Source of the DNA: Gammaproteobacteria bacterium | GTDB taxonomy: Bacteria > Pseudomonadota > Gammaproteobacteria > Steroidobacterales > Foliamicaceae | Assembly (NCBI GenBank): GCA_011523505.1 | Contig: WTGP01000019.1 | Coordinates: 189,151 to 253,150 of the forward strand | Length of the DNA stretch: 64,000 bases | Direction of reading: 5' to 3' | Shown: in pieces, positions 62,878 to 64,000 of the stretch | Layout of the letters: each line of letters opens with the position of its first letter | Numbering within the stretch: position 1 is the stretch's first letter | Notes under the pieces: generated by a model | Databases searched by the model: none | Told to the model about the DNA's origin: nothing | What the model saw: the letters and a program-made list of their open reading frames with translations, nothing else | Position numbers and translations under genes: made by a program

Positions 62878-64000
62878 CTATCGCTGGTAGCTGAAACGCA
62901 GGTAGCCGACGCGGCCGGGAAGGTCGTGCGCGACGAGGCTCATGCCGATCACTCCGCAGGGGAAGCACAGCGGAGGGTCCACGTCGAACAGGTTGTTGAA
63001 CCCCAGTGAAATGGTCCAGCGTTCACCCATGGCCCGCGGGGTGTAGCCGATCCTGAGGTCGGTGTAGAGAACGGAGTCCACCGCGCTTCCGCCCTCCAGC
63101 TCCATCTCGTCGGTCCAGCGGAAACTGAGCGCGCCGCTCCACCGGTCCTTCATCCATTCGATGTCCGTCACCCAGCGCAATTCCGGGAAGGCGCGCTGAA
63201 AGGTCTCGTCGGTGTGCGTTCCGGTCCGGTCGGTCCGCGTCTGCGTGCCGTCGGCGTTGGCGGTGCGCTCGACGTACTCGCTCAGCAACGTCGCATTGAA
63301 GGCTGCCCTGAACCAGCCGATGCGCCACTCGGGACTGTCGTAGGCCAGTTGCACGTCCCAGCCGGCAGCTTCGATGGCGCCGATGTTCTGCAGCCGGTTG
63401 TCGATGACCTCCAGCGTGCCGCCCGCGGTGCGTGGCGTCAGGTCGCAGAAGAACGGATCGAGCGTGGCGACGCATGCGGCCAGCACGTCGCCGGGGTTCC
63501 GGCCCTGCATGGCCTCGTCGATCTCCAGGCGGTAGTAGTCGATCGATGCCGTGAGTCCCCCGCCGGCGCCGAATTGCCGGCTCCACACAGCGCCCAGGGT
63601 CAGGCCATGGGACTCCTCCGGGTCCAGCGAGCGGTTGCCGGCCGAAATCGCGGTCAGTTGCGGGTTGGTCTGCACGAAAGACGGCGGCACGCCCAGGGAA
63701 GCGCAGTTGGCGACGATGGACTGCGGCTGGGGCGCGTCGCGGCCTCCGTTGGCGGAGCCGAACTGTCCAAGCACGTCCGAGCAGGGATCCACGAAGGTGA
63801 AATGCTCCTGCGCCGCGCCCCCGAACAGTTCGCCGATGCCGGGCGCCCGGAAGCCGGTCGAGGCCGACGCCCGCAGCGACAGGTCCTCGATGGGCCTGAG
63901 CAGCATGCCGGCCTTGTAGGTGGTTTCCGTTCCGAAGGTGCTGTAGTCGGACGCGCGCGCGGCCAGGTTCAGTTCCCAGTAGCGGGCGCCGGAGTCGAGC
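62878..64000 (-). CDS. TonB-dependent receptor, C-terminal beta-barrel part (starts beyond right edge)
   Basis: LRAS.STGFRAP.I.ELF, GN..L.PEE, IDYY, GFNNLFD.DPP, GR..Y..F.Y; frame appears open to the window edge. Confidence 0.9.
   Translation of the reverse strand, partial: LDSGARYWELNLAARASDYSTFGTETTYKAGMLLRPIEDLSLRASASTGFRAPGIGELFGGAAQEHFTFVDPCSDVLGQFGSANGGRDAPQPQSIVANCASLGVPPSFVQTNPQLTAISAGNRSLDPEESHGLTLGAVWSRQFGAGGGLTASIDYYRLEIDEAMQGRNPGDVLAACVATLDPFFCDLTPRTAGGTLEVIDNRLQNIGAIEAAGWDVQLAYDSPEWRIGWFRAAFNATLLSEYVERTANADGTQTRTDRTGTHTDETFQRAFPELRWVTDIEWMKDRWSGALSFRWTDEMELEGGSAVDSVLYTDLRIGYTPRAMGERWTISLGFNNLFDVDPPLCFPCGVIGMSLVAHDLPGRVGYLRFSYQR

Overview
High-GC gammaproteobacterial chromosome segment with three parts. 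(1) 1-31.9 kb is an accessory, almost entirely minus-strand locus. Two diverged copies of a module [ECF sigma - FecR anti-sigma - signalling TonB-dependent receptor - exported double-retropepsin-like/TPR protein lacking canonical catalytic motifs] lead into a tightly spaced run of genes. That run is: membrane protein, MoxR AAA+, DUF58, two BatA/vWA proteins, a ~2,200-aa exported TPR-like protein, a TlpA-type thioredoxin, and a second giant TPR paralog cut by the window edge (absent from the ORF track). A Phd/VapC toxin-antitoxin pair interrupts one module copy. This locus is the best candidate for an undescribed system. (2) 32-61.5 kb is housekeeping: argS, SPOR, rsmB-fmt-def, dprA-topA-tsaC, tag, aroE, gor, xth, glmS-glmU and the full atp operon. 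Notable additions here are a PLP lyase + TauE pair, a GPP34-family gene, an orphan EGSCG-repeat peptide (MNIO RiPP precursor-like), an amidase coupled to glmU, and a DARS-like triple DnaA-box element after atpC. (3) 61.6-62.9 kb is a low-GC islet with a small Cys-rich exported ORF and a 2-TM ORF, followed by a partial TonB-dependent receptor. No rRNA, tRNA, CRISPR array or transposase was recognised. All family calls come from motif recognition by eye, not database searches.
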